Positions 7,382-16,295 are shown, counted from the first letter of the whole stretch. The stretch: DNA of 25,750 bases, filler included, from an uncultured virus (IMG/VR IMGVR_UViG_2061766007_000300) (3 parts of one record of this genome joined end to end with filler, not necessarily neighbours in it), one strand, 5' to 3'. Notes: generated from the sequence alone by a model not told the origin. Made by a program: numbers and translations.

Positions 7382-7669
7382 ATGAAAGAAATAAAAGAAT
7401 TTATAAAACGGCGTTTCCCACGAGATAATATATGGATGAATGGAAATTGCTATTGGTTCGCAAGAATATTAGTAGATAGATTTCCTTAGTTAGATATATA
7501 CTATCTGCCTATACGTGGTCATTTTGTGGCGGGCGATGGAAAAATTTATTATGATTGGGTCGGCGCGCATACATAGTATAGTTTAGAAGAAGAACCTATA
7601 AAATTATCGGTTATACGAACTATTGACCCTTTATGGTATGGTAGGTTGGTTAGAGATTGTATTAATTAA
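7382..7669 (+). CDS. Hypothetical 95-aa protein with Cys-His-Asp pattern; two in-frame TAG
   Basis: MKEIKEFIKRRFP...GNCYWFARIL...FP(Q)LDIYY...GHFV...YYDW...HT(Q)YSLEE...RDCIN-TAA; the C-terminus is in frame only with read-through. Confidence 0.75.
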
Positions 7670-7679
7670 ATTAAATTAT

Positions 7680-7942
7680 AAGGCTCGCGCAGCAAATATA
7701 ACTCACAGTGCATTTGTTATTATTGTCCAGACTGTACGGACAGAGCCTTGAAAATTTTAAAATTTTATATAAGACCCACCCAGCAAAGATTAAGAATTCT
7801 GTATTGGTAACTGAACTCATGAAGGGTCTTGAAAAAGTTTATAAGGCGCACACAGCAAATTTTTATTGCAAATAGGATAATAATTTCATTTTGATCGAAA
7901 TTTAGCGGTTCAAATCCGCATTATAAATTAATGCCGCGCCTT
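7680..7942 (+). ncRNA. Second allele of the three 'CAGCAAA' elements
   Basis: Near-identical to 6984-7249; all closing stems and CAGCAAA motifs are retained. Confidence 0.6.
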
Positions 7943-7949
7943 GGAAGTT

Positions 7950-7978
7950 TAGACTACGAAAGTAGTCTATTTTTTTTA
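7950..7978 (+). terminator. Intrinsic terminator
   Basis: TAGACTAC-GAAA-GTAGTCTA followed by a T run. Confidence 0.85.
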
Positions 7979-8097
7979 TTTAAAAAATTTTAGAATTGGT
8001 ACGAAAATTTTATAATGGGATTTATTTACTCCTACTTATATTTAGAAAATTAAATCCCAAGCACAGGTTCTACCCTTTTGCTTGTTATTATATACCA

Positions 8098-8129
8098 TAG
8101 GGTGGCTCACAAGGCCGCCCTAATTTTTT
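8098..8129 (+). terminator. Terminator-like hairpin just upstream of the 8149 gene
   Basis: TAGGGTGGC-TCACAAG-GCCGCCCTA followed by ATTTTTT. Confidence 0.55.
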
Positions 8130-8148
8130 AGGTATAGAGGAGAGTTAT

Positions 8149-9855
8149 ATGGCAGTAGGAGTTGGTAGTTTAGTAACTTTAGATGGCTTAATTGGCGTCC
8201 GAGACGAAAGCCAACAAATAATTTTAGATATTGAAAATCAAATACAATCATTAATAGGTAGTAATAATACTCTTGATGCTACTATTAAAAGATTAGAAGA
8301 TTATTTAGTTAGTACTTATAAACAAGAACAATATATAAAAAATATCTTTGGTGTTAATTCTATTTAGGAATTACAAGATAAGTTTTCTGATTTTTATGAT
8401 AAATCTGGTTTAAATAATTTTACTGGTAACAGTTTAAATACTAAAGTTATAGAGGCTTTTGTCCGCCATACTGACAAAAGCAAAAAAGAATTTTATGATA
8501 AATTAACAAAAATTGAAAAACAAGTTAATGCTATGGTCCCAAAAGTTGTAAATAGAAATTTAGGCTCAGAGGCTGGCCAAAAAGCAATTTTTGATGTCGC
8601 TTTAGCAATATTTAATACTGAATTTGGGACTGGGGCCCGTTTGGGGAAGCATGCTGTAAGATCTACAAAAGGTTTTAATTTTGATTTTGATAAAGGTTTT
8701 TTTACCATGATTGGTAGAGATTTAAGTGAAGTTGAAAAGAAAATAATTATAAATCATAAAATAGAAGATTTTAATATTAATTTTGAAGTAGAAGGTAATT
8801 CTGTATATAACACTTTTGATATTTATAATATTTTAGCCGCAGGTGGTAGTAAAGCTATGACGCCTACAGAAGCTAAAGAATATGAAAAAACCCATCCAGG
8901 GTTTATAGATAGTGCTAATTAGGAAATTATTAATTTTATAATTGATAATATAGATACAAATTATAAAGATAATGCTAGAAAAATTATAAATAATTTAATG
9001 TTGCAAAAAGACCCCACAATGTTTTTTAGTGGAAATAGTGCAACTGAAGTAATTGGTATTTTTGGAGAAGTTAGTGCGTATATTGCTATTATGAATTTAA
9101 TACCAAACGCCAATTTAGCAGATGTAGAATGGGTAGCTAATTAGACAAAAGATGGGAAAAAATTATCTGTTGATTTTTATTTGGACAAAATTCTTGGCAT
9201 TTAGGTTAAAAACACAATAAGAGACTATTCTTGGGCGTAGGGCTTCAATATTGGTTTTGTAGATAAAAATGCTAGCAGTGTATTAAGATAGTTACAAAAT
9301 AAATATGATATGAATTTTACTGAATTAGAGTCTTTACTGCTTTCTCATAATTTTAATGTACCTTATAAAAGAAAAGGTAGAAGATATATAGAAGTAAGTT
9401 ATAATACTACTTTTAAAGGTGATGATTATAGATTTAATGAATTTGTAGAAGTTAAAGAAGATACAGAAAATTTAATAACTATATTAAATACTATTTTTAC
9501 TGCTTTTGCTCCAGATTTTTTATTTATGTCTGGTGGAGAAGATTTTGAAAATTAGTTGGCTAATATTGAGCAAAATCTAGAAGAAGGAAATACTGGTAAT
9601 AATTTATATATTGTCGCAGGAAAACCATTTTTTATTAGTACCATTTTAAATTAGATTATACAAAATTTATATACCTTGAAAAAAGATAGTGAAAGACTTT
9701 TTAAAGTTGAAGCTTCTATAGGAAATGTAATTTTAAAATCTAAAAGCGCAGCGGTTGCAGGTAATATAGTAGCTTATAAAAATGCTAGCATTAATAAAAA
9801 GGAATAGATTGAAAATATGAGTGTGAAAATGAAAAGTTCTTTCTTCTTCTCTTAA
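8149..9855 (+). CDS. 568-aa hypothetical protein with a PD-(D/E)xK-like (D...QxK) motif; nine in-frame TAG
   Basis: ORF-track pieces 8149, 8533 and 9310 share one frame, joined by TAGs at 8365, 8920, 9142, 9202, 9238, 9289, 9553, 9652 and 9805, ending TAA at 9855; GAGGAG RBS; GIFGE...VDFYL...GI(Q)VKN. Confidence 0.85.
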
Positions 9856-9858
9856 AAT

Positions 9859-9887
9859 TTGCAATCTCCGTAAAATTGTGGTATAAT
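9859..9887 (+). promoter_or_regulatory. sigmaA-type promoter
   Basis: TTGCAA-17-TATAAT with TG extension. Confidence 0.75.
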
Positions 9888-9917
9888 TAATATAGAAAAT
9901 GAAATAAGGAGATTTCT

Positions 9918-10154
9918 ATGGGAAATTATTACTACGATGACCCTGCCCAAGTAAAATATTTTTACGATGGCGAATATCACGGTGCTATTGCGTTTCGAGA
10001 CGTTCTTATCGACGGAAAGACAGGTCAAGCTTATAATATTAGTGAGCTCCTGCAAAGTATTTATAAAGAATATGGTATTGAACCCGAACGCGCGTTAGTA
10101 GAGTATGAATGGGTTAATTTGAGCGAGGTAATTATTTATGGAGAAGTCGCTTAA
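9918..10154 (+). CDS. Hypothetical protein (paralog of 20489-20698)
   Basis: AAGGAG RBS; YDxPxQV...IA(F/Y)...WxxL pattern shared with the 20489 gene. Confidence 0.8.
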   Translation: MGNYYYDDPAQVKYFYDGEYHGAIAFRDVLIDGKTGQAYNISELLQSIYKEYGIEPERALVEYEWVNLSEVIIYGEVA

Positions 10155-10299
10155 GAAATCAAGTAAGTGCGAAAAATGCGGGAAGCCGATTGATAGGTCG
10201 GGAGAAGAGCTTATAGAGTACAATAAAAGAAGTATTCTTCATTTTATAGAGTGTAAAGAATGTGGGCATATGAATTTAGTTTATAAAGAGAATAGATAA
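10138..10299 (+). CDS. Small zinc-ribbon protein, 53 aa
   Basis: MEKSLKKSSKCEKCGKP...IECKECGHMNLVYKENR; GAGGT RBS; overlaps the upstream gene's end. Confidence 0.7.
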   Translation: MEKSLKKSSKCEKCGKPIDRSGEELIEYNKRSILHFIECKECGHMNLVYKENR

Positions 10300-10327
10300 A
10301 AATTAGTCAAGGCTGAATAAGCCTTGT

Positions 10328-10416
10328 AGGGGAGTAGTGTAATGGCAACACGGGAGACTCTAAATCTCCAGCTTCTGAGGCGAAAGATCAGGGTTCGAAT
10401 CCCTGCTCCCCCGCCA
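10328..10416 (+). tRNA. Amber suppressor tRNA (anticodon CUA), presumably Gln-inserting, with long variable region
   Basis: Acceptor GGGGAG/CTCCCC, D stem GTGT/ACAC, anticodon arm GGAGA-CTCTAAA-TCTCC, T arm CAGGG-TTCGAAT-CCCTG, GCCA end. Confidence 0.92.
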
Positions 10417-10426
10417 TATAGAAATT

Positions 10427-10459
10427 AAGCCTAGGTTTATACCTAGGCTTTTTATTTTT
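10427..10459 (+). terminator. Intrinsic terminator after the suppressor tRNA
   Basis: AAGCCTAGGT-TTAT-ACCTAGGCTT plus T-rich tail. Confidence 0.85.
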
Positions 10460-10486
10460 GACAAAAATTAAAATTTATGATATAAT
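10458..10486 (+). promoter_or_regulatory. sigmaA-type promoter
   Basis: TTGACA-17-TATAAT; about 40 bp identical to the promoter at 14862. Confidence 0.85.
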
Positions 10487-10596
10487 ATTATTAGAGAATA
10501 GGAGAATAAGTTTATATGAGTAAGAAATTACACTTAATTCATTATATGAATTATCATAATTTTCTACTTATATATAGAAAATAAGGGGTGAAAATT

Positions 10597-11493
10597 ATGA
10601 GTTATACAGTTTATATGCACATTAATAAAATAAATAATAAAAAATACATTGGCTTTACTGGATACTCTTTAGATGAAAGATGGAAAAATGGAAAGGGTTA
10701 TAGTAAAGATACTCCTTTTGGCTAGGCAATTGAAAAATATGGGTGGGATAATTTTGACCATTAGATTTTGTTTTCAAATTTAACTTTAGACGAAGCCGCA
10801 AGAAAAGAACAAGATTTAATTGATGAATATCATACTTATTTAGACGACCCATTATGTTGGGGTTATAATGCCACGAGAGGAGGAGAAGGACGTAGTAAAG
10901 TAAGGCACGAAGAAGTAACTTCTTTATGGGAATAGGGATATTCAACAAAACAAATTGGATAGAAATTAGGTGTTGATAGAAATACTGCCGGAAGAATATT
11001 ATAGAATTATGGAAATTATTCTATAAAAGAAAGCGTAGAAAGAGGATATGAGCAAAGAATTGTTACAAATTCTCGTCCAGTTTCTCAATACGATTTAAAT
11101 GGAAATTTTATAGCTACTTATCTTAGTATGAGTGATGCTTATGAAGCAATTCATGGTTATAGAGATACAGAGCCAGATGGCACAAGACATTCAAATACTA
11201 TTGGCTGTGCATGCCGAGAAGGGATAAAGGCATACGGTTTTCAATGGACTTACAAAGACGCTCCTCCTCCCGGGCCTTATCGTAAAGAAAAAAATTACCA
11301 TGATGGGAAAGCGGTTGATTAGTATAATCTAGATGGCACTTTTGTAAAGACCTATTAGAGTGCATCCGAAGCAGCAAGACAGTTAGGATTAAAAAGTCCT
11401 GGTGGGATATCTGATGTTTGTCGAAAACATAAAGGTACTTCAGCAAAATATTTATGGAAGTTTCATAACGAAAAAGAGTGGTGGATAAAATGA
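10597..11493 (+). CDS. GIY-YIG homing endonuclease-like protein with two NUMOD1-type repeats, 298 aa; seven in-frame TAG
   Basis: MSYTVYMHINKINNKKYIGFT...RW...KYGWDNF...E..LI...GYN.T.GGEG; repeats PVSQYDLNGNFIATY and AVD(Q)YNLDGTFVKTY; ends TGA overlapping the next ATG. Confidence 0.9.
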
Positions 11494-12227
11494 GTAAGAA
11501 ATACTTCGTAACAAGTGACGTTCATGGATTTTATAAAGAACTTATGAAGGCTCTTGAGGGCGCCGGCTACGATAAAAATAATAAAGACCATGTGTTTGTG
11601 AGTTGCGGAGACCTTTTTGATAGAGGTCCAGACGCGCGCGAAGTACTCCGATTTGTAAATTCTATTCCAGACGAGAGAAAAATTCTTATTAGGGGTAACC
11701 ATGAGGTTCTTATGAAAGAAATGATATTGAACTTGAGTGATTATCCGCGAACTCACGATATTCGTAATGGTACTTGGAATAGCGCAATAGATATTACGAG
11801 AGCCGATTACGTAGAAGTTATGCGCGCGATGAGGAAGAATAATGAGTGGTGGAAGTACTATAATAGTTGCGTTAACTATGCGGAAGTAGGTAATTATATT
11901 TTCGTCCATGGGTGGTTGCCTATTAATTCTACTCCGAATGGCCCCGTTGTAAGAAATGACTGGCGTAAATTGGATGATAAGGATTGGGAAGAGGCTAGTT
12001 GGTTGAACGGTATGGCTATGTGGACATATGGCGCGCGTATTAAAGATAAGACTATTGTATGCGGTCATTGGAACGTAAGTTGGGGTTGGAAGAATATTCG
12101 TAGAGCTTGTAAGGATGGATATAAGGGAGATGCCATTCACGATAGCTTTATTGATGAGGGTATTGTCGCACTGGATGCGTGTACGGTAGTTAGTAGGAAA
12201 ATTAACTGTTATACTTTTGAGGAATAA
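11490..12227 (+). CDS. Calcineurin-like metallophosphoesterase (Ser/Thr phosphatase family)
   Basis: SDVHG, GDLFDRG, RGNHE, VHG and GHW motifs; ATG 11490 preferred over GTG 11478. Confidence 0.9.
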   Translation: MSKKYFVTSDVHGFYKELMKALEGAGYDKNNKDHVFVSCGDLFDRGPDAREVLRFVNSIPDERKILIRGNHEVLMKEMILNLSDYPRTHDIRNGTWNSAIDITRADYVEVMRAMRKNNEWWKYYNSCVNYAEVGNYIFVHGWLPINSTPNGPVVRNDWRKLDDKDWEEASWLNGMAMWTYGARIKDKTIVCGHWNVSWGWKNIRRACKDGYKGDAIHDSFIDEGIVALDACTVVSRKINCYTFEE

Positions 12228-12231
12228 ATAC

Positions 12232-12336
12232 ATGAAACCTATTTTTGAAGGATTTTTGGATGGGTTACAGATAGCATTTACTATATTCTGTATTCTTTGT
12301 CTTATTGGAATTCTATTTAGTTTATTTAGTTGTTAA
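12232..12336 (+). CDS. Small hydrophobic protein, 34 aa
   Basis: MKPIFEGFLDGLQIAFTIFCILCLIGILFSLFSC; GAGGA RBS; fills the gap between genes. Confidence 0.5.
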   Translation: MKPIFEGFLDGLQIAFTIFCILCLIGILFSLFSC

Positions 12337-12345
12337 GAGGCGCAT

Positions 12346-12531
12346 ATGGAAATTGAAACTTATAATGTTTATATTAGTAATGACTGTGTAGCTAGAGATA
12401 TGTCTTTAGATACTGCAATAATTTTGGTTAGAGGGTTATTTCATAATTATTATAATGAACCGATGCCCTCGATTCGTATTGAACGTCAATGGAGAAAGCC
12501 TACCGAGGAAGAAATTAAAGCTTGGGAGTAA
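12346..12531 (+). CDS. Hypothetical protein
   Basis: ORF with GAGG RBS, co-oriented in the operon. Confidence 0.75.
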   Translation: MEIETYNVYISNDCVARDMSLDTAIILVRGLFHNYYNEPMPSIRIERQWRKPTEEEIKAWE

Positions 12532-12540
12532 AGGAGTAGT

Positions 12541-12747
12541 ATGATAGAAAAAGAATTAAAAATTAACCGAATTGCAGAAGTAATTTTAAATGAACTTTAT
12601 TGCGCGGAGTGTGAAAGTTGCACTTGGGACACTAAAGTGACTCATGATTGTACAGATTGTAGCTATCAATATTGTGATTGGCTTGTATCAGATGAGTACG
12701 CGCGCCATGTGGCAGAACTTATTATTGACGCATTAGAAAAGGAGTAA
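12541..12747 (+). CDS. Hypothetical Cys-rich protein
   Basis: CAECESC...CTDC...C; AAGGAG RBS. Confidence 0.75.
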   Translation: MIEKELKINRIAEVILNELYCAECESCTWDTKVTHDCTDCSYQYCDWLVSDEYARHVAELIIDALEKE

Positions 12748-12750
12748 TTT

Positions 12751-13962
12751 ATGTTAAATCCCAATACAAATGAAAGAGAACTTGCTTATGTAGTTCTTAT
12801 TGATGAAATTATGCCTATTGAAGGGTATGACCGTGTTGAACTCGCGCGAGTTGGCGGTTGGCATGTGATTGTGCAAAAGGGGCAGTTTAAAGTTGGCGAC
12901 CCAGCAATTTACTTTGAGGTAGACAGTAAGGTTCCTTCTGACCGCGAGTGTTTTGCTTTCCTTGCAAAGCGCAAGTATAAGATTAAGACCCTTCGTATGT
13001 GTGGAGTTATTTCTCAGGGTTTGCTTATGCATCCATCTGATTTTGGTTGGCACGTAAATCTTCAAGGTGAGATTGATGATGGTGAGATGACTCATACTCC
13101 CATAGATGAAACCCGTTTTCTTACTAAGAAGCTCGGTGTAACTCATATTGAGGATGAAGATAATAAGCCTGCGCAGAAAGTAGATAAGTATAAGGCTATG
13201 GCGCAGCGTCGACCCAATATTTTTAAACAAAAGTGGGCGCGTTGGTTTATGAGACGAGAATGGGGTCGTAAGATTATGTTCGCGCTGTTCGGTCAAAAGA
13301 AAGATAAAAAGAATGGCTGGCCTTCTCATATTGCAGCAAAGACTGATGTCGAACGTGTTCAAAATATGATTTGGGTACTTAAAGATAAGCGTCCTTATGT
13401 CGCTAGCGAAAAAGTTGATGGGTCTAGTTTTTCCGCTATGGTAGAACGCGGTCGATTTGGTAAAATGAAGTATTATATTTGTTCTCGTAATGTGGTCTTT
13501 GATACTCCTGATGCCCCTTGTTTCTATGATAGTAATATTTATTTTGAAGCTTGGAATAAGTATAATTTAAAAGAGATTATTACTAATATTCTTAATGATT
13601 ATAATCTTCCTAATGTTGCTATTCAAGCAGAGATTTATGGCGATGGAATTCAGAAGCGTGATTATTCTCTTCATAACGGAGAACATCATATGGCAGTATT
13701 TCATATTGTTTCTAATGGTGTAAAATTCCCTATGGATAAGACTGTAGAAATCTGTGAGAAATATGGACTTCCTCACGTTCCTATTGTAAATGATAATTAT
13801 ATTCTTCCCGATACTATTGATGAACTTCAGGCATATGTTGAGAGCGCGCAGTCGATGATTGATGGGAAGCCGCGCGAAGGTATTGTCTTTTATGATAAGG
13901 AAACCGGTCAGCAATACTTTAAGTTTGTATCTCCAGAATTCTTAATGAAATATCATAATTAA
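12751..13962 (+). CDS. ATP-dependent RNA ligase, DRB0094-like (N-terminal OB-like domain)
   Basis: N-terminal I.PIEGYDRVELARV.GW.VIV.KG.FK.GD..IYFEVDS; nucleotidyltransferase motifs EKVDGSS, AEIYG, EGIV and FKFVSPEFL. Confidence 0.88.
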   Translation: MLNPNTNERELAYVVLIDEIMPIEGYDRVELARVGGWHVIVQKGQFKVGDPAIYFEVDSKVPSDRECFAFLAKRKYKIKTLRMCGVISQGLLMHPSDFGWHVNLQGEIDDGEMTHTPIDETRFLTKKLGVTHIEDEDNKPAQKVDKYKAMAQRRPNIFKQKWARWFMRREWGRKIMFALFGQKKDKKNGWPSHIAAKTDVERVQNMIWVLKDKRPYVASEKVDGSSFSAMVERGRFGKMKYYICSRNVVFDTPDAPCFYDSNIYFEAWNKYNLKEIITNILNDYNLPNVAIQAEIYGDGIQKRDYSLHNGEHHMAVFHIVSNGVKFPMDKTVEICEKYGLPHVPIVNDNYILPDTIDELQAYVESAQSMIDGKPREGIVFYDKETGQQYFKFVSPEFLMKYHN

Positions 13963-13987
13963 AATATTAGAGTGATGGCTATTAAAT

Positions 13988-14039
13988 CCTACTTAGAAAT
14001 TAGAAGGGAAGAAATATTCCTATCTAATTTCTAAGTAGG
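13988..14039 (+). promoter_or_regulatory. 17-bp inverted repeat covering the RBS of the downstream endonuclease gene
   Basis: CCTACTTAGAAATTAGA / TCTAATTTCTAAGTAGG, ending 9 nt before ATG 14049. Confidence 0.7.
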
Positions 14040-14048
14040 TATTAAATT

Positions 14049-14828
14049 ATGAGCAAATTAATAGATTTAGTTGGGAATCGTTATGGACGATTAGTAGTAT
14101 TAGAAAAAGCTGAACCAGATAAACATAGTCATACAAGATGGTTATGTCAATGTGATTGTGGAAATTAGAAAATCATTGACGGAGGTTCTTTAAAAAAGGG
14201 CTTAACAAAATCTTGTGGTTGTTTAAAAAAAGAATAGTTAAAATAGTATAATGATTCTAATGTGGTTAATGAAGTCGGTAATGTATATGGTTATCTTACA
14301 GTAATAAGGCGAGCAGAGGATTCAGAGATTACCCCAAAAGACGGGCGTGCGCAATGGATTTGTAGATGTAAATGTGGTAATGAAATAATAACTACTGGTA
14401 AATTATTGCGTGATGGCCATAAATTATCTTGTGGGTGTATGAAAAAATCTAAAGGTGAGCTTTAGATAGAACTTTTATTAGAGAAATAGGGAATAAGCTA
14501 TGCAGAACAATATACTGTTTATATCGAATAGAATAATTATGAAGTAAAATAGAAGCATCCATATTATTTTGATTTTGCTGTATTAAATAATAATAAATAG
14601 TTGCTATATTTAATTGAATATGATGGTTCACAACATTTTATTTATAAAGAGAATAGTGATTTTTGGAATGACAAGGACCAATTTAATAAGACATAGATTA
14701 GAGATTAGTTAAAAAATCAATGGTGTAAGGATAATAATATTCCTTTAATACGAATACCTTATACGCATTTAGATGATATTAGTATCGAAGATTTGTAGTT
14801 AGAAACAAGCAAATATATAATTAATTAA
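14049..14828 (+). CDS. Homing endonuclease-like protein: two CxCxCG...SCGC zinc-binding repeats plus a Vsr/DUF559-like nuclease domain, 259 aa; eleven in-frame TAG
   Basis: DLVGNRYGRLVV...WLCQCDCG...SCGC twice, then SKGE...YFDFAV...LIEYDGSQHF...KNQWC...IPLIRIPY; continuous only with TAG read-through; ends TAA 14828. Confidence 0.88.
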
Positions 14829-14832
14829 TTTT

Positions 14833-14863
14833 TAAGACGCGCGCAATGTGCGTCTTATTTTTT
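14833..14863 (+). terminator. Intrinsic terminator
   Basis: TAAGACGCGC-GCAAT-GTGCGTCTTA plus T run. Confidence 0.8.
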
Positions 14864-14890
14864 GACAAAAATTAAAATTTATGATATAAT
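14862..14890 (+). promoter_or_regulatory. sigmaA-type promoter
   Basis: TTGACA-17-TATAAT with TG extension. Confidence 0.85.
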
Positions 14891-14922
14891 ATTATTAGAA
14901 AATAGAGAAAGGATATATAATT

Positions 14923-15270
14923 ATGGACGGCGTAACAATTCTTCAAGTAATAGAAAAAACTTTTTTAAATGAAACTTCTGAACATATTATCGCTGGTTCA
15001 GTTATAGTAGGTATAATAGCAATATTTCTTACTATGATTTTTTGGAGTGAAATTGGTCTTAATAATGGTTGGACGATTGCATCAATGTTACTTTTATTTA
15101 GTTGTATAACTCTTATTATTCTTGAAGCTACTTGTGGCGTTCGTATTACAGAAATAACTTATCGAGTACTAGTAGATAGTAATGTAGATATGAATGAATT
15201 CTTTTCTAAATATGAACTTATTGAGCGAGAAGGACTTATATATTTAGTTAGAGAGATAGGAGTAATGTAA
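14923..15270 (+). CDS. Hypothetical membrane protein (two hydrophobic segments)
   Basis: Hydrophobic stretches IIAGSVIVGIIAIFLTMIFW and WTIASMLLLFSCITLIIL; AAGGA RBS. Confidence 0.8.
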   Translation: MDGVTILQVIEKTFLNETSEHIIAGSVIVGIIAIFLTMIFWSEIGLNNGWTIASMLLLFSCITLIILEATCGVRITEITYRVLVDSNVDMNEFFSKYELIEREGLIYLVREIGVM

Positions 15271-15271
15271 A

Positions 15272-16117
15272 ATGGAACTTAAGTCTAATTTCCATGGTCG
15301 AGAATGGATTATGGAACGAGTAAGAAAGCATTATGAAACCGCAGTAGCTTACTTCGGTAGTGAAAAGTTTGTAGTTGGTGCGTTTCTTGTTGGTTCTCAG
15401 AATTATAAATTAGATATTGAAACGTCAGATGTAGACGTTAAAGTATTTGTTCTTCCTTCTCTTGAATCTATTATCGAGCTTGGCGCGCCGGAAAGTTCTA
15501 CATGGGTATCTGAGGGCGGCGAGCATGAAGATTTTAAGGATTTTAGGCTTGTAATTAAGGAATTGGAAAAGGGTTCTCCCAATATGCTGGAGACCCTTTT
15601 CACCGATTATTATATTATTAATCCGGATTATAATTTTATAATTGCACGGCTTAGAGCATATAGAGAACGTATCGCAAATAATAACCAAAAGGGTATTTTT
15701 AATGCGTTTTATGGTATGGCGCAAAGATTTATTAAGCTTTATAATGAAGGAAAATCAGATATTAAATCGGTAGTAACTCTTTTAAGAATTAGAGATTTTA
15801 TTTATAGTTATTTCGTATTAGGAGAAACTTATAATAAGTCTCTTGTTCCTTCTAATTTATTTACATTACGAACTTTAAGAACCCAACCAGTTGAACAAGA
15901 AAAGTTAAAGGCTTTTGTAGATGAGGCAACCAAAGATTTAGAAGAGTTTAAATCTTTTAGTGAGAAGAAGGCCGCGCGCGGTAATGACACGTTGGGGAAA
16001 GTAGTTTTAAGAGATATATTATATGATTTAATGTATACTCATTTAAAGAATGAAATTAAAGATTTTAGGTTTACTAATTTTGATGAGGTTATAAAAAATG
16101 AGAGTGTACTTTTGTAA
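15272..16117 (+). CDS. Nucleotidyltransferase, DNA polymerase beta superfamily (RNA-repair-associated type)
   Basis: LVGSQNYKLDIETSDVDVK (GS...DxD) and KGSPNMLETLF motifs. Confidence 0.85.
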   Translation: MELKSNFHGREWIMERVRKHYETAVAYFGSEKFVVGAFLVGSQNYKLDIETSDVDVKVFVLPSLESIIELGAPESSTWVSEGGEHEDFKDFRLVIKELEKGSPNMLETLFTDYYIINPDYNFIIARLRAYRERIANNNQKGIFNAFYGMAQRFIKLYNEGKSDIKSVVTLLRIRDFIYSYFVLGETYNKSLVPSNLFTLRTLRTQPVEQEKLKAFVDEATKDLEEFKSFSEKKAARGNDTLGKVVLRDILYDLMYTHLKNEIKDFRFTNFDEVIKNESVLL

Positions 16118-16235
16118 ATATTGTGGATATAGTAAAAGGAAAGAAAACGATGATAATCTTTGCCCTCGATGCTTCCATTTTATGGCTGAAGAAGAATGGG
16201 AAATGGATGTGTTGATTAATAAAGATGGAGTTTAA
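16098..16235 (+). CDS. Small zinc-ribbon protein, 45 aa
   Basis: MRVYFCKYCG...LCPRC...; GAGGT RBS. Confidence 0.6.
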   Translation: MRVYFCKYCGYSKRKENDDNLCPRCFHFMAEEEWEMDVLINKDGV

Positions 16236-16237
16236 AT

Positions 16238-16266
16238 TTGAAATTTTTTAAAATTTATGATATAAT
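16238..16266 (+). promoter_or_regulatory. sigmaA-type promoter
   Basis: TTGAAA-17-TATAAT with TG extension. Confidence 0.8.
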
Positions 16267-16295
16267 ATATATAGAGAATAGAAAAGGAATCTAAT

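Noticed and set aside
8062..8085. preQ1-I riboswitch (AGGTTCTA)
   Set aside because: The loop is too short and the A-rich 3' tail is absent.
10417..10460. Theta (HDV-like) ribozyme after the suppressor tRNA
   Set aside because: The tRNA has an encoded CCA and is followed by a plain terminator; no HDV-like pseudoknot is visible.
11463..13914. Long minus-strand ORFs (11463-12233, 12754-13362, 13567-13914) and similar antisense ORFs
   Set aside because: Shadows of well-supported plus-strand genes, with no RBS or recognisable motifs.
8149..14828. Pseudogene interpretation of TAG-interrupted genes
   Set aside because: Interruptions are exclusively TAG, frames are otherwise intact, and a CUA tRNA is present.
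10597..14828. Group I introns hosting the two endonuclease genes
   Set aside because: Flanks are short, no P/Q/R/S core is visible and neighbouring genes are intact, so both appear free-standing.
14833..14857. AAGACGC/GCGTCTT hairpin as a further CAGCAAA element
   Set aside because: It lacks CAGCAAA and an insert and is followed by a T run, so it is better explained as a terminator.
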